DNA from: Methylorubrum extorquens
GTDB lineage: Bacteria > Pseudomonadota > Alphaproteobacteria > Rhizobiales > Beijerinckiaceae
Length of the DNA stretch: 32,000 nucleotides
Reading direction: 5' to 3'
Assembly: GCA_900234795.1 (NCBI GenBank)
Contig: LT962688.1
Coordinates: forward strand, 4,680,001-4,712,000
Shown: positions 23,709-30,965 of the stretch, piece after piece
Layout: every line of letters begins with the position of its first letter
Numbering within the stretch: the stretch's first letter is position 1
The notes under the pieces: generated by a model
What the model saw: the letters and a program-made list of their open reading frames with translations, nothing else
What the model was told of the DNA's origin: nothing
Database searches by the model: none
Program-made: the position numbers and the translations under genes

Positions 23709-24413
23709 TCAAGGCTGCACGCCGAGCCGGGCGGCGACGCGTCGGGCGGTGGCCGTGCGGCGTTCCGTGATCGCCGCCACCGCGGCGCGGGCCTGTTCGA
23801 GGATGGCCGGCGGCGCCCTCTCCGGGGTGCCGCTGTCGAAGGGCGGCTCGGGCGCGTAGGCCATGTAGAGCTGGATCGCCTTCGCGGCGTCCTCGCCGCG
23901 CAGCTCCGCGGCCAGCCGCAGCGCGCCGTCGATCCCGGCCGTGACGCCCGCCGCAAACACCCATGTGCCGTCGACGACCACCCGCTGGTCGACGGGGATC
24001 GCGCCGAAGTAGGGCAGCAGATCGAACGAGGCCCAGTGGGTCGTGGCGCGGCGGCCTTTCAGGAGGCCCGCGGCCCCGCAGAGCAGGGCGCCGGTGCAGA
24101 CCGAGAAGACGCTCCGCGCGCCGCCCGCCTGGCGGCGGAGCCAGGCGAGGACGGCCTCGTCCTCCATCAGATCCTCCTGGCCGAAACCGCCGGGGACGTG
24201 CAGCACGTCGAGTTGCGGCGCATCCTCGATCGCCGTGTCCGGCGTCAGCTTCAGGCCGCGAACGTCCCGCACCGTCTCGGCCGTCTTGCCGTAGACGCGG
24301 TAGGCCGCGTTCGGGATGCGCGACAGGACCTCGAACGGGCCGGTGAGATCGATCTGGTCGATGCCCTCGAACAGGAGGGAGCCGATTTCCAGGTGAGTGT
24401 CGGGCGGGATCAT
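23709..24413 (-). CDS. DJ-1/PfpI family protein (class I glutamine amidotransferase-like fold; isocyanide-hydratase-like subgroup possible)
   Basis: GGAGG 5 nt upstream of ATG 24413. Nucleophile-elbow context VFSVCTGALLCGAAGLL; LHVPGGFG; ATTHW. 234 aa. Confidence 0.85.
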   Translation of the reverse strand: MIPPDTHLEIGSLLFEGIDQIDLTGPFEVLSRIPNAAYRVYGKTAETVRDVRGLKLTPDTAIEDAPQLDVLHVPGGFGQEDLMEDEAVLAWLRRQAGGARSVFSVCTGALLCGAAGLLKGRRATTHWASFDLLPYFGAIPVDQRVVVDGTWVFAAGVTAGIDGALRLAAELRGEDAAKAIQLYMAYAPEPPFDSGTPERAPPAILEQARAAVAAITERRTATARRVAARLGVQP

Positions 24414-24463
24414 GTCTGCCTCCGGTGGACAGCCGAAGGGTACTCGGGCAGGCTCTGGCGCGG

Positions 24464-25480
24464 ATGCCAAAGAACCCTCGTTTCCCGCCAAAACCGGTGC
24501 GGTCCGTGGAGGTGCTCGCCTTTCCGGGCGTGCAGGTGCTCGACGTCACCGGTCCGCTTCAGGTCTTCGCCTCCGCCAACGAGCATGTCGCCCGCAGCGG
24601 AGACGGGCCGCCCTACCGGCTCCGGGTGGTCGCGAAAAGCGGCGGTGCCGTCGCGTCCTCCGCCGGCCTCGCGCTCGCGGCGGAGCCGCTGACGCCGATG
24701 CCGGAGGCGGTCGATACCCTGATCGTTGCCGGCGGGCCCGGCGTCGATGCGGCGGCCGACGATCCCGAACTGCTCGATTGGCTGCGTCGGCGCACCGCGC
24801 AGGCGCGGCGGGTCGCCTCTGTCTGCACCGGTGCCTTCATCCTGGCGGCTTCGGGTATCCTCGACGGCCGGCGGGCCGTGACCCACTGGTCGTACTGCGA
24901 CGCCTTCGCCCGGCGCTTCCCGGCCGTGCGCGTGGAGGCCGATCCAATCTTCGTGCGCGACGGCCCCGTCTGGACCTCCGCCGGCGTGACGGCCGGGATC
25001 GACCTCGCGCTAGCGCTCGTCGAGGCGGATCTCGGCCGCGAGACGGCGCTGGCCGTGGCACGCTACCTCGTCGTCTTTCTCAAGCGTCCGGGGGGGCAGG
25101 CGCAATTCAGCGCGGCCTTGTCGCTGCAGACGGAGGGGGACCGCTTCGACGCGCTGCATCGCTGGATGCGGGTGAATCTCGGCGCAGACCTGTCGCTCTC
25201 GGCCTTGGCTGCGGAGACGGGGATGAGTGAGCGCAGCTTCAGCCGGCATTACCTCAAGGAGACCGGGCTTACGCCGGCCAGAGCCGTCGAACGGCTGAGG
25301 GTCGAGGCCGCCCGCCAGATGCTGGCGGAGACCCATCGGCCGATCAAGCGGATCGCGCAGCATTGCGGCTTTGCGTCCGAGGAGACGATGCGCCGAAGCT
25401 TCTTGCGTCTGCTCGCGAGCACGCCGCAGGACTACCGCTCTCGCTTTGGCATCGATCCGCAGATGAAGGCCTTCGCGTGA
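24464..25480 (+). CDS. GlxA-family transcriptional regulator (DJ-1/PfpI-like N-terminal domain + AraC HTH)
   Basis: N-terminal domain VASVCTGAFILAASGILDGRRAVTHW. The C-terminal AraC-type HTH pair is LAAETGMSERSFSRHYLKETGLTPARAV...IAQHCGFASEETMRRSFLRLLASTPQDYR. Divergent from the DJ-1 gene with a ~50-bp intergenic region. Confidence 0.85.
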   Translation: MPKNPRFPPKPVRSVEVLAFPGVQVLDVTGPLQVFASANEHVARSGDGPPYRLRVVAKSGGAVASSAGLALAAEPLTPMPEAVDTLIVAGGPGVDAAADDPELLDWLRRRTAQARRVASVCTGAFILAASGILDGRRAVTHWSYCDAFARRFPAVRVEADPIFVRDGPVWTSAGVTAGIDLALALVEADLGRETALAVARYLVVFLKRPGGQAQFSAALSLQTEGDRFDALHRWMRVNLGADLSLSALAAETGMSERSFSRHYLKETGLTPARAVERLRVEAARQMLAETHRPIKRIAQHCGFASEETMRRSFLRLLASTPQDYRSRFGIDPQMKAFA

Positions 25481-25837
25481 GCCGCACCGAACGTCCTCTC
25501 AGCCGAGCCCGAGCCTCGTAGCGGACGGGCGGTCCTGGCGCCCAGCGGCTCTTTGGAGTTGGCGGAGCAAGGCCAGGAATGGATCAAGCGTTCGCACTCT
25601 TCGTGATTGGCCGCGCACTCCTCGTTTCCGCACAGTCGATCCACGCTTAAATTCCGAAGTGGCCTCGGATCCGAGCGCATTGCCCGATCGAGATGGGCTC
25701 AGAGGCATGCAACTTCGGGCATCCAATTTCGGCTGCTTATGCCTGATCGGCGCGTCTTCGGGGACCCGCCGGTTCGGATGTGCGCCGACCTTTGCACGAA
25801 GCTTGCAGGTTGCTGAGGCGCCAATCAGGAACCTGGG

Positions 25838-27454
25838 GTGCGCCGCGGAATGGATGGAAGCCTCAAGGGCGCGTCGAGCACACACTGGCGTACGCAGGAG
25901 ATGTTCCTCGTCCAGGAGGTCATGAACCTGATCGGCAAGGGCCTGCGCCTGGATCAGGTCGCGCGGGAGATGCTGCATCTCCTGTCCGAGATCGTCGGAC
26001 TGAACCGGGGACGGATCGTCCTGAAAGACCCCGACGGCAATGGACACCGCATTGCCTACGCCTATGGGCTCACCCGCGAAGAGGTCGCTCGGGGCCGCTA
26101 CGCACCGGGCGAGGGCATTACCGGACGCGTTATCCAGGACGGTCACCTCATCATCGTGCAGGACATTGACAAGGACCCGACCTTCCTTGGGCGGGCGGTG
26201 GCGCGGGCGCAGCTTCCCCGCGGCGCCGTGTCGTTCCTGGCGCTGCCGATCCGCGTTGATCACCGGACGGTCGGCGCCATCGCCTGCCACCGTATCCGCC
26301 ACCGGGAGCGAGCGCTCTCGGACGACCTCACCATCCTGCGCATCATCGCCACGATGGTCAGCCAGTTGCTGACCTTGAACGAGCGGGTGGAGCAGAAGAC
26401 GCGGGCGCTCGAGGAGCACAACGACATGCTGGCGCGCGAGCTGCGCATCAAGCGCGCCCGCTACGGCATCATCGGAACCTCGCCCGCGCTGCTGCGCGCC
26501 CTCGCCCAAGTGGAGAAGGTCGCGAGCGCGACCGCGAGCGTGCTGCTGCTCGGCGAGTCCGGAACCGGCAAGGAACTCTTCGCCCGAGCGCTCCACCTCG
26601 CGAGCCCGCGGCGCGACCGGCCCTTCATCAAGGTCAATTGCGCGGCGATCCCCGACAGCCTGTTCGAATCCGAGCTATTCGGGCACGAGCGCGGCGCCTT
26701 CACCGGGGCTGTCGATGCGCGGGCCGGCTGGTTCGAGCAGGCGAGCGGCGGCACGATCTTCCTCGACGAGATCGGCGAGATGCCGGCGGTCCTCCAGACC
26801 AAGCTGCTGCGCACCCTGCAGGAGGGGACGGTCGTGCGCCTCGGCGGCAAGCGCGAGATCCGGGTCGATATGCGCCTCGTCGCCGCGACGAACCGGGATC
26901 TCGCCACCGAGGTCGCCCATGGCCGCTTCCGAGAGGACTTGTTCTACCGCCTCAACGTCGTGCCGATCACCCTGCCTCCGCTGGCGGAGCGGCGCAGCGA
27001 CATCCCCGATCTGGTGCTGCACTTCCTCACCCAGGCGAACCAGAACAACCAGCGCAACGTCAACCTGACCCAGGGCGCGGTCACGCATCTCGCCCGCCAG
27101 TCCTGGCCGGGTAACATCCGCCAGCTCGCCAACTTCATCGAGCGGCTCGTGCTGCTGGCAAGCGAAGGTGTCTTGGACGTCGAGGACGTGCGTCCGATGC
27201 TCGAAGGCGCCGTCGTCACGGCGCCCCCGCTGCTCGCTCCCGCCTCGGCCCCGTTCTTCTCGCCCGAACGGGAAGCGGCGTTGCGCGCGATGGGCACCGT
27301 GCGCCCCTACCTGCCGGCCGACTCGCACGGCCACGAACAGTTGCGCATGGCCCTGGCCCAGGCCGGCGGCAACAAAACGCGGGCGGCCCAGCGGCTCGGG
27401 CTCACTGAGCGCCAATTCTCCTATCGCTGGCGCAAGCTCCAGCCGGCCCCCTGA
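25838..27454 (+). CDS. sigma54-dependent transcriptional activator (bacterial enhancer-binding protein), GAF + AAA+ + Fis-type HTH
   Basis: GAF-like N-terminus (LLSEIVGLNRGRIVLKD...GEGITGRVIQDGHLIIVQDIDKDPTF). Walker A GESGTGKE, GAFTGA loop (ERGAFTGA), Walker B IFLDEIGE, WPGNIRQL. C-terminal HTH GGNKTRAAQRLGLTERQFSYRWRKL. The start is uncertain (GTG 25838, ATG 25850 or ATG 25901). Confidence 0.9.
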   Translation: MRRGMDGSLKGASSTHWRTQEMFLVQEVMNLIGKGLRLDQVAREMLHLLSEIVGLNRGRIVLKDPDGNGHRIAYAYGLTREEVARGRYAPGEGITGRVIQDGHLIIVQDIDKDPTFLGRAVARAQLPRGAVSFLALPIRVDHRTVGAIACHRIRHRERALSDDLTILRIIATMVSQLLTLNERVEQKTRALEEHNDMLARELRIKRARYGIIGTSPALLRALAQVEKVASATASVLLLGESGTGKELFARALHLASPRRDRPFIKVNCAAIPDSLFESELFGHERGAFTGAVDARAGWFEQASGGTIFLDEIGEMPAVLQTKLLRTLQEGTVVRLGGKREIRVDMRLVAATNRDLATEVAHGRFREDLFYRLNVVPITLPPLAERRSDIPDLVLHFLTQANQNNQRNVNLTQGAVTHLARQSWPGNIRQLANFIERLVLLASEGVLDVEDVRPMLEGAVVTAPPLLAPASAPFFSPEREAALRAMGTVRPYLPADSHGHEQLRMALAQAGGNKTRAAQRLGLTERQFSYRWRKLQPAP

Positions 27455-27470
27455 CCCGGCTCCGCCAAAC

Positions 27471-27498
27471 CCGACAATGTCGACAAAGTGTCGACATT
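27471..27498. promoter_or_regulatory. palindromic upstream activating sequence, copy 1 (candidate enhancer for the adjacent bEBP)
   Basis: CCGACAATGTCGACAAAG-TG-TCGACATT. Dyad AATGTCGACA / TGTCGACATT at 27476-27498. The first 18 nt are identical to 30807-30824. It starts 120 bp upstream of the -24 element. Confidence 0.6.
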
Positions 27499-27590
27499 CA
27501 TCAACGTTTCATCCGGAGGGGACGTTCGATAATTTTACTAAGTAGTTGAAAAACAGCAGCAATATGAAATAGTCGCATGGGCGGCCGATT

Positions 27591-27606
27591 TGGCACCCGC
27601 TTTGCG
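27591..27606 (+). promoter_or_regulatory. sigma54 (RpoN) -24/-12 promoter, P1
   Basis: TGGCAC-CCGCT-TTGCG matches the consensus TGGCAC-N5-TTGCW with correct GG/GC spacing. It is 60 nt upstream of ATG 27666. An AT-rich tract at 27520-27575 lies between the UAS and the promoter. Confidence 0.7.
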
Positions 27607-27665
27607 CAAGTCCCTCCGAGCCGGCCCCGACGAAGACGGAGGCAGGGCACGAACAGGAGTTACCG

Positions 27666-28217
27666 ATGAGCGCGAGCGCCGCCCCCACCACCGTCACGAC
27701 CTACTTGCGTCCGATCGACCGGGACGGCCTGATGCAGTTCGCCGAGAAAGGCCGCTGCAATCCGGGCTCGCGTGGCACCAACAAGGTGCACACCGTCGTC
27801 GACGGGCAGTACCGTACCCTCAGCTATGTCGGCGACCACCAGCCGGTCGTGGTGGACGAGCCCTTGCACCTGTTCGGCGAGAACACGGCGCCGGCGCCGG
27901 GTGAGATCGTGCTCTCGGCCCTCGGCGGCTGCCTCGCGGTCGGCATCACCGCCGTCGCGACTTGGAAACAGGTGCGCCTCTCATGCCTCGAACTGCATCT
28001 CGAGGGCGACATCGGCAACCCCGCCGCCTGGGGCGCGGGCGGCGCCGAGAAGCTGCCGGAAGACATGGGATTCCAGGAGATCCGCGTGGCCGTGACCATC
28101 GAGGGCGATGCGAGCCGCGAGGAACTCGACGAGATCGTGCGCCACGCGAATGTCTACTCGCCGGTGGCCAACTCCATGCGGAACCCGATCGCCTTCAAGA
28201 TCGGCTTGGCTGGCTGA
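27666..28217 (+). CDS. OsmC/Ohr-family protein
   Basis: AGGAG at 27655-27659, then ATG 27666. OsmC-fold signature around APAPGEIVLSALGGCLAVGITAV, a second Cys in VRLSCLELHLEG, and C-terminal HANVYSPVANSM. Confidence 0.8.
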   Translation: MSASAAPTTVTTYLRPIDRDGLMQFAEKGRCNPGSRGTNKVHTVVDGQYRTLSYVGDHQPVVVDEPLHLFGENTAPAPGEIVLSALGGCLAVGITAVATWKQVRLSCLELHLEGDIGNPAAWGAGGAEKLPEDMGFQEIRVAVTIEGDASREELDEIVRHANVYSPVANSMRNPIAFKIGLAG

Positions 28218-28224
28218 CCCGCAG

Positions 28225-28246
28225 GGCGGGACCGAACGGTCCCGCC
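28225..28246 (+). other. intercistronic GC-rich hairpin
   Basis: GGCGGGACC (28225-28233), loop GAAC, GGTCCCGCC (28238-28246). Perfect 9-bp stem, 8 nt after the OsmC stop, with no T-tract. The next gene's RBS GAGGAG is at 28263-28268. Confidence 0.4.
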
Positions 28247-28276
28247 GCCTTCCCCGATCCTTGAGGAGACTGCACG

Positions 28277-29470
28277 ATGTCGAGCGCCCTCGCTCTGCGG
28301 CCGGCGGATGATGCCGTCGGGCCGGTGCCGCCTGCCACGCCGAACCGCCCCGATTGGACCGACGAGGCCGTCCTCGCCGGAACGAAGGCCATCGCCGATG
28401 GTCCCTTGAGCGCCGCGGCGGCGGAGATCGACCGCGGCGCCTACCCGCTCGAGATCCTGGGCAGGCTCGGTGGCGCGGGCGCACTCGCCGTGCATCTCGA
28501 CCGGCACGGGGGGCGCTTCGGCCTCTCGGTGGCTGCCATGCAGGCGGCGAGCCAGACCTGCGGCGCCACCGGCTTCCTGATGTGGTGCCACGACGTGTGC
28601 GGCCTGTACCTGGAGCAGTCGGGCAATTCGGCTCTGACCGGCGCGGTGCTCGACGATCACGCCGCGGGCCGCAGCTTCGGAGGCACGGCGCTCTCCAACC
28701 CGATGAAGGCCTTCGCCGGGATCGAGCCGATCCTGCTGCGCGCCCGCCGAGTCCCCGGCGGCTACCGGGTCAGCGGCATGCTGCCCTGGGTCAGCCATAT
28801 CGGGCCGGGCCAGTATTGCGGCGCCATTGCGGGTGTCGTCGGCGCCAACGACACGATCAGCCACGAGATCATGTTCGTGCTGGCTTGCGACCGTGCCGAG
28901 TTGCGGCCCTGCCCGCACTTCTCCGGCATGGAGGGCACCAGCACCTGGGGGGTTCGACTCGACGACCTCTTCGTCGGGCATGACGACCTCATCGCCGATC
29001 CGGCGCGCCCCTTCATCGGACGCATCCGCAGCGCCTTCATCCTGCTTCAATGCGGCATGGGCCTCGGCGTGGCCGAAGGGAGCCTCGATGCCATGCTGGC
29101 GGTCGAGGAGACGCTGGGCCACGTCAATCAGTTCCTCGACGATCGGCCCGACGCCATCGCGGCCGAACTCACCGAGCTGCGCGCCCGCGTGATGCGGCTC
29201 GCCGAGACGCCCTATGACGGTGCCACCGACTACCTGATCGACGTTCTCGACGCCCGCGCCCAGGTCTCCGAACTGGCTTTGCGCGCCTCTCAATCGGCGC
29301 TGCTGCACCAGGGCGCCCGGGGCTACCTGATGTCGGTCGCACCCCAGCGCCGGATCCGCGAGGCGCATTTCGTCGCCATCGTCACCCCCGCGATCAAGCA
29401 TCTGCGCTGGGAGATGGCCCGGCTGTCGCGGGAGACGCAGCCCACCGTGACGGAAGGGAGCCGGGCATGA
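28277..29470 (+). CDS. acyl-CoA dehydrogenase-fold flavoprotein (possibly a group-D-type flavin monooxygenase/oxidase)
   Basis: 397 aa with ACAD-like three-domain layout: N-terminal helical part, a middle beta domain around [14 protein letters not shown]...[14 protein letters not shown], and a C-terminal helical bundle [14 protein letters not shown]...[18 protein letters not shown]. The call is from overall sequence character, not a search. Confidence 0.65.
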   Translation: MSSALALRPADDAVGPVPPATPNRPDWTDEAVLAGTKAIADGPLSAAAAEIDRGAYPLEILGRLGGAGALAVHLDRHGGRFGLSVAAMQAASQTCGATGFLMWCHDVCGLYLEQSGNSALTGAVLDDHAAGRSFGGTALSNPMKAFAGIEPILLRARRVPGGYRVSGMLPWVSHIGPGQYCGAIAGVVGANDTISHEIMFVLACDRAELRPCPHFSGMEGTSTWGVRLDDLFVGHDDLIADPARPFIGRIRSAFILLQCGMGLGVAEGSLDAMLAVEETLGHVNQFLDDRPDAIAAELTELRARVMRLAETPYDGATDYLIDVLDARAQVSELALRASQSALLHQGARGYLMSVAPQRRIREAHFVAIVTPAIKHLRWEMARLSRETQPTVTEGSRA

Positions 29471-30801
29471 GCCTTCCTGAGCCCACCGACGGCCTCGGCC
29501 CCTGGCAGCTTTTCCTCTGCCGGGCCTGCGGCCTGATCTACGACGAGGGCGAGGGCGACCCCGATAGCGGCCTGCCGCCCGGCACCCGCTTCGCCGACAT
29601 CCCCGATGACTGGGCCTGCCCGATCTGCGGCGTCACCAAGTCGGATTTCGAGCCCTATCAGCGGCGTGCGCATGTCGCGCCCGTACCGGCCCCGACGGTG
29701 CCGCAGCGCCGGCCCGGCGTGGTGATCGTCGGCGGCGGAATCGGCGGATGGAGCGTCGCTGAGGCGATCCGGGCCGAGGATGCGGGGGTGCCCATCACTC
29801 TGGTGAGCGCGTGCGACGGCAGCCTCTACCACAAGCCGGAACTCTCGGTGGCCCTCGGACGCGGCCTGACACCCGACGCGCTCCGCCGTGAGACGGGCGC
29901 CGCGGCGGCGGCACGCTTGTCCCTGCGCCTGATGGCCGACACGGTCGCGGTCGGCCTCTCACCCGAGCGCCACGCCTTACGCACGACGCGCGGCACGCTC
30001 CCCTACACCCATCTCGTCCTCGCCCACGGGGCGCGGCCAGCGTTGCCGGATGGCCTCGACCCCGCCCTGTGCTGGCGGGTCAACGACCTTGCCGCGTGGT
30101 CTTCGCTCCATGCCGAACTCGCCCGCGGCCCCCGTACGGTCGCGGTGATCGGTGCCGGCATGGTCGGCTGCGAACTGGCCGAGGATCTGGCCCGCGCCGG
30201 ACATGCCGTCACGCTTCTCGGGGCCAAGGCGCTGCCACTGCCCGAACTCCTGCCGGAGCAGGCCGGACGGCGCCTGCTGGCGGGCCTCGAAGGCGTGGGT
30301 GTCCGCTACCGCGGCGAGAGCCTCGTGAGTGGTCTGAGCCGCCGGCCGGACGGCACCGTCGCGCTCGCCCTGTCGGACGGGACGAGCCTCGCCGCTGCGA
30401 CCGTGATCGCCGCGACCGGCCTCGCCACGCCCTCGCGCCTCGTGCGGGGAGCGGGCCTCGCCTTTGAGCGCGGCATCGTCGTCGATCCGGCGACCTTGCG
30501 CACGAGCGGGCCGGACATCTTTGCGCTCGGCGACTGCGTCAGCATAGCGGGGCGGCCCTGCCGCTTCATCGAGCCCATCGCCCGCCAAGCCGCGGTCATC
30601 GCGGACGCGATCCTCGGCCGGGCTCATCCGGGCTACGCGCACGCCGCCCCGGTCATCCGCCTGAAGACCCGCTCGGCGCCGATCGCGCTGCACGGCACCC
30701 CCGTCGCCGACCGCCCCTGGCACGTCGTCGAAGAGAGTGAGCACCGGCTCGCGATGGAGCAGCGGCAGGGCGGCGACGTCACCGCCTGGCTCGCGGCCTG
30801 A
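29467..30801 (+). CDS. rubredoxin domain fused to an FAD/NAD(P)-dependent pyridine-nucleotide-disulfide-family reductase (rubredoxin-reductase-like)
   Basis: ATG 29467 overlaps the upstream stop (ATGA). Rubredoxin knuckles CRACG ... CPICG with the typical [25 protein letters not shown] between them. Then GxGxxG twice ([24 protein letters not shown]) and a C-terminal ALGDC motif. Confidence 0.85.
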   Translation: MSLPEPTDGLGPWQLFLCRACGLIYDEGEGDPDSGLPPGTRFADIPDDWACPICGVTKSDFEPYQRRAHVAPVPAPTVPQRRPGVVIVGGGIGGWSVAEAIRAEDAGVPITLVSACDGSLYHKPELSVALGRGLTPDALRRETGAAAAARLSLRLMADTVAVGLSPERHALRTTRGTLPYTHLVLAHGARPALPDGLDPALCWRVNDLAAWSSLHAELARGPRTVAVIGAGMVGCELAEDLARAGHAVTLLGAKALPLPELLPEQAGRRLLAGLEGVGVRYRGESLVSGLSRRPDGTVALALSDGTSLAAATVIAATGLATPSRLVRGAGLAFERGIVVDPATLRTSGPDIFALGDCVSIAGRPCRFIEPIARQAAVIADAILGRAHPGYAHAAPVIRLKTRSAPIALHGTPVADRPWHVVEESEHRLAMEQRQGGDVTAWLAA

Positions 30802-30806
30802 GCCTG

Positions 30807-30838
30807 CCGACAATGTCGACAAAGGATCGACATTGTCG
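30807..30838. promoter_or_regulatory. palindromic upstream activating sequence, copy 2
   Basis: CCGACAATGTCGACAAAG-GA-TCGACATTGTCG. Perfect 12-nt inverted repeat CGACAATGTCGA (30808-30819) / TCGACATTGTCG (30827-30838). It starts 110 bp upstream of the second -24 element. Confidence 0.6.
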
Positions 30839-30916
30839 AAGGCGCGAGAACCGACTGAGCCGTCCCCAGAGGCGGCAAGTCGCTGGCCGAAAAGCAGGAA
30901 TAAAAATTCCAGCGGT

Positions 30917-30932
30917 TGGCGCGACTGTTGCT
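30917..30932 (+). promoter_or_regulatory. sigma54 (RpoN) -24/-12 promoter, P2
   Basis: TGGCGC-GACTG-TTGCT with correct GG-N10-GC spacing. It is 34 nt upstream of ATG 30966, whose RBS GGAGA is at 30956-30960. Confidence 0.65.
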
Positions 30933-30965
30933 GAGAAATTCTTACTTGCCCTGCCGGAGACCGCG

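Noticed and set aside
25792-25807. A sigma54-like element TTGCAC-N5-TTGCA upstream of the bEBP gene (possible autoregulation).
   Set aside because: The invariant -24 GG is TG here, and no copy of the palindromic enhancer is nearby.
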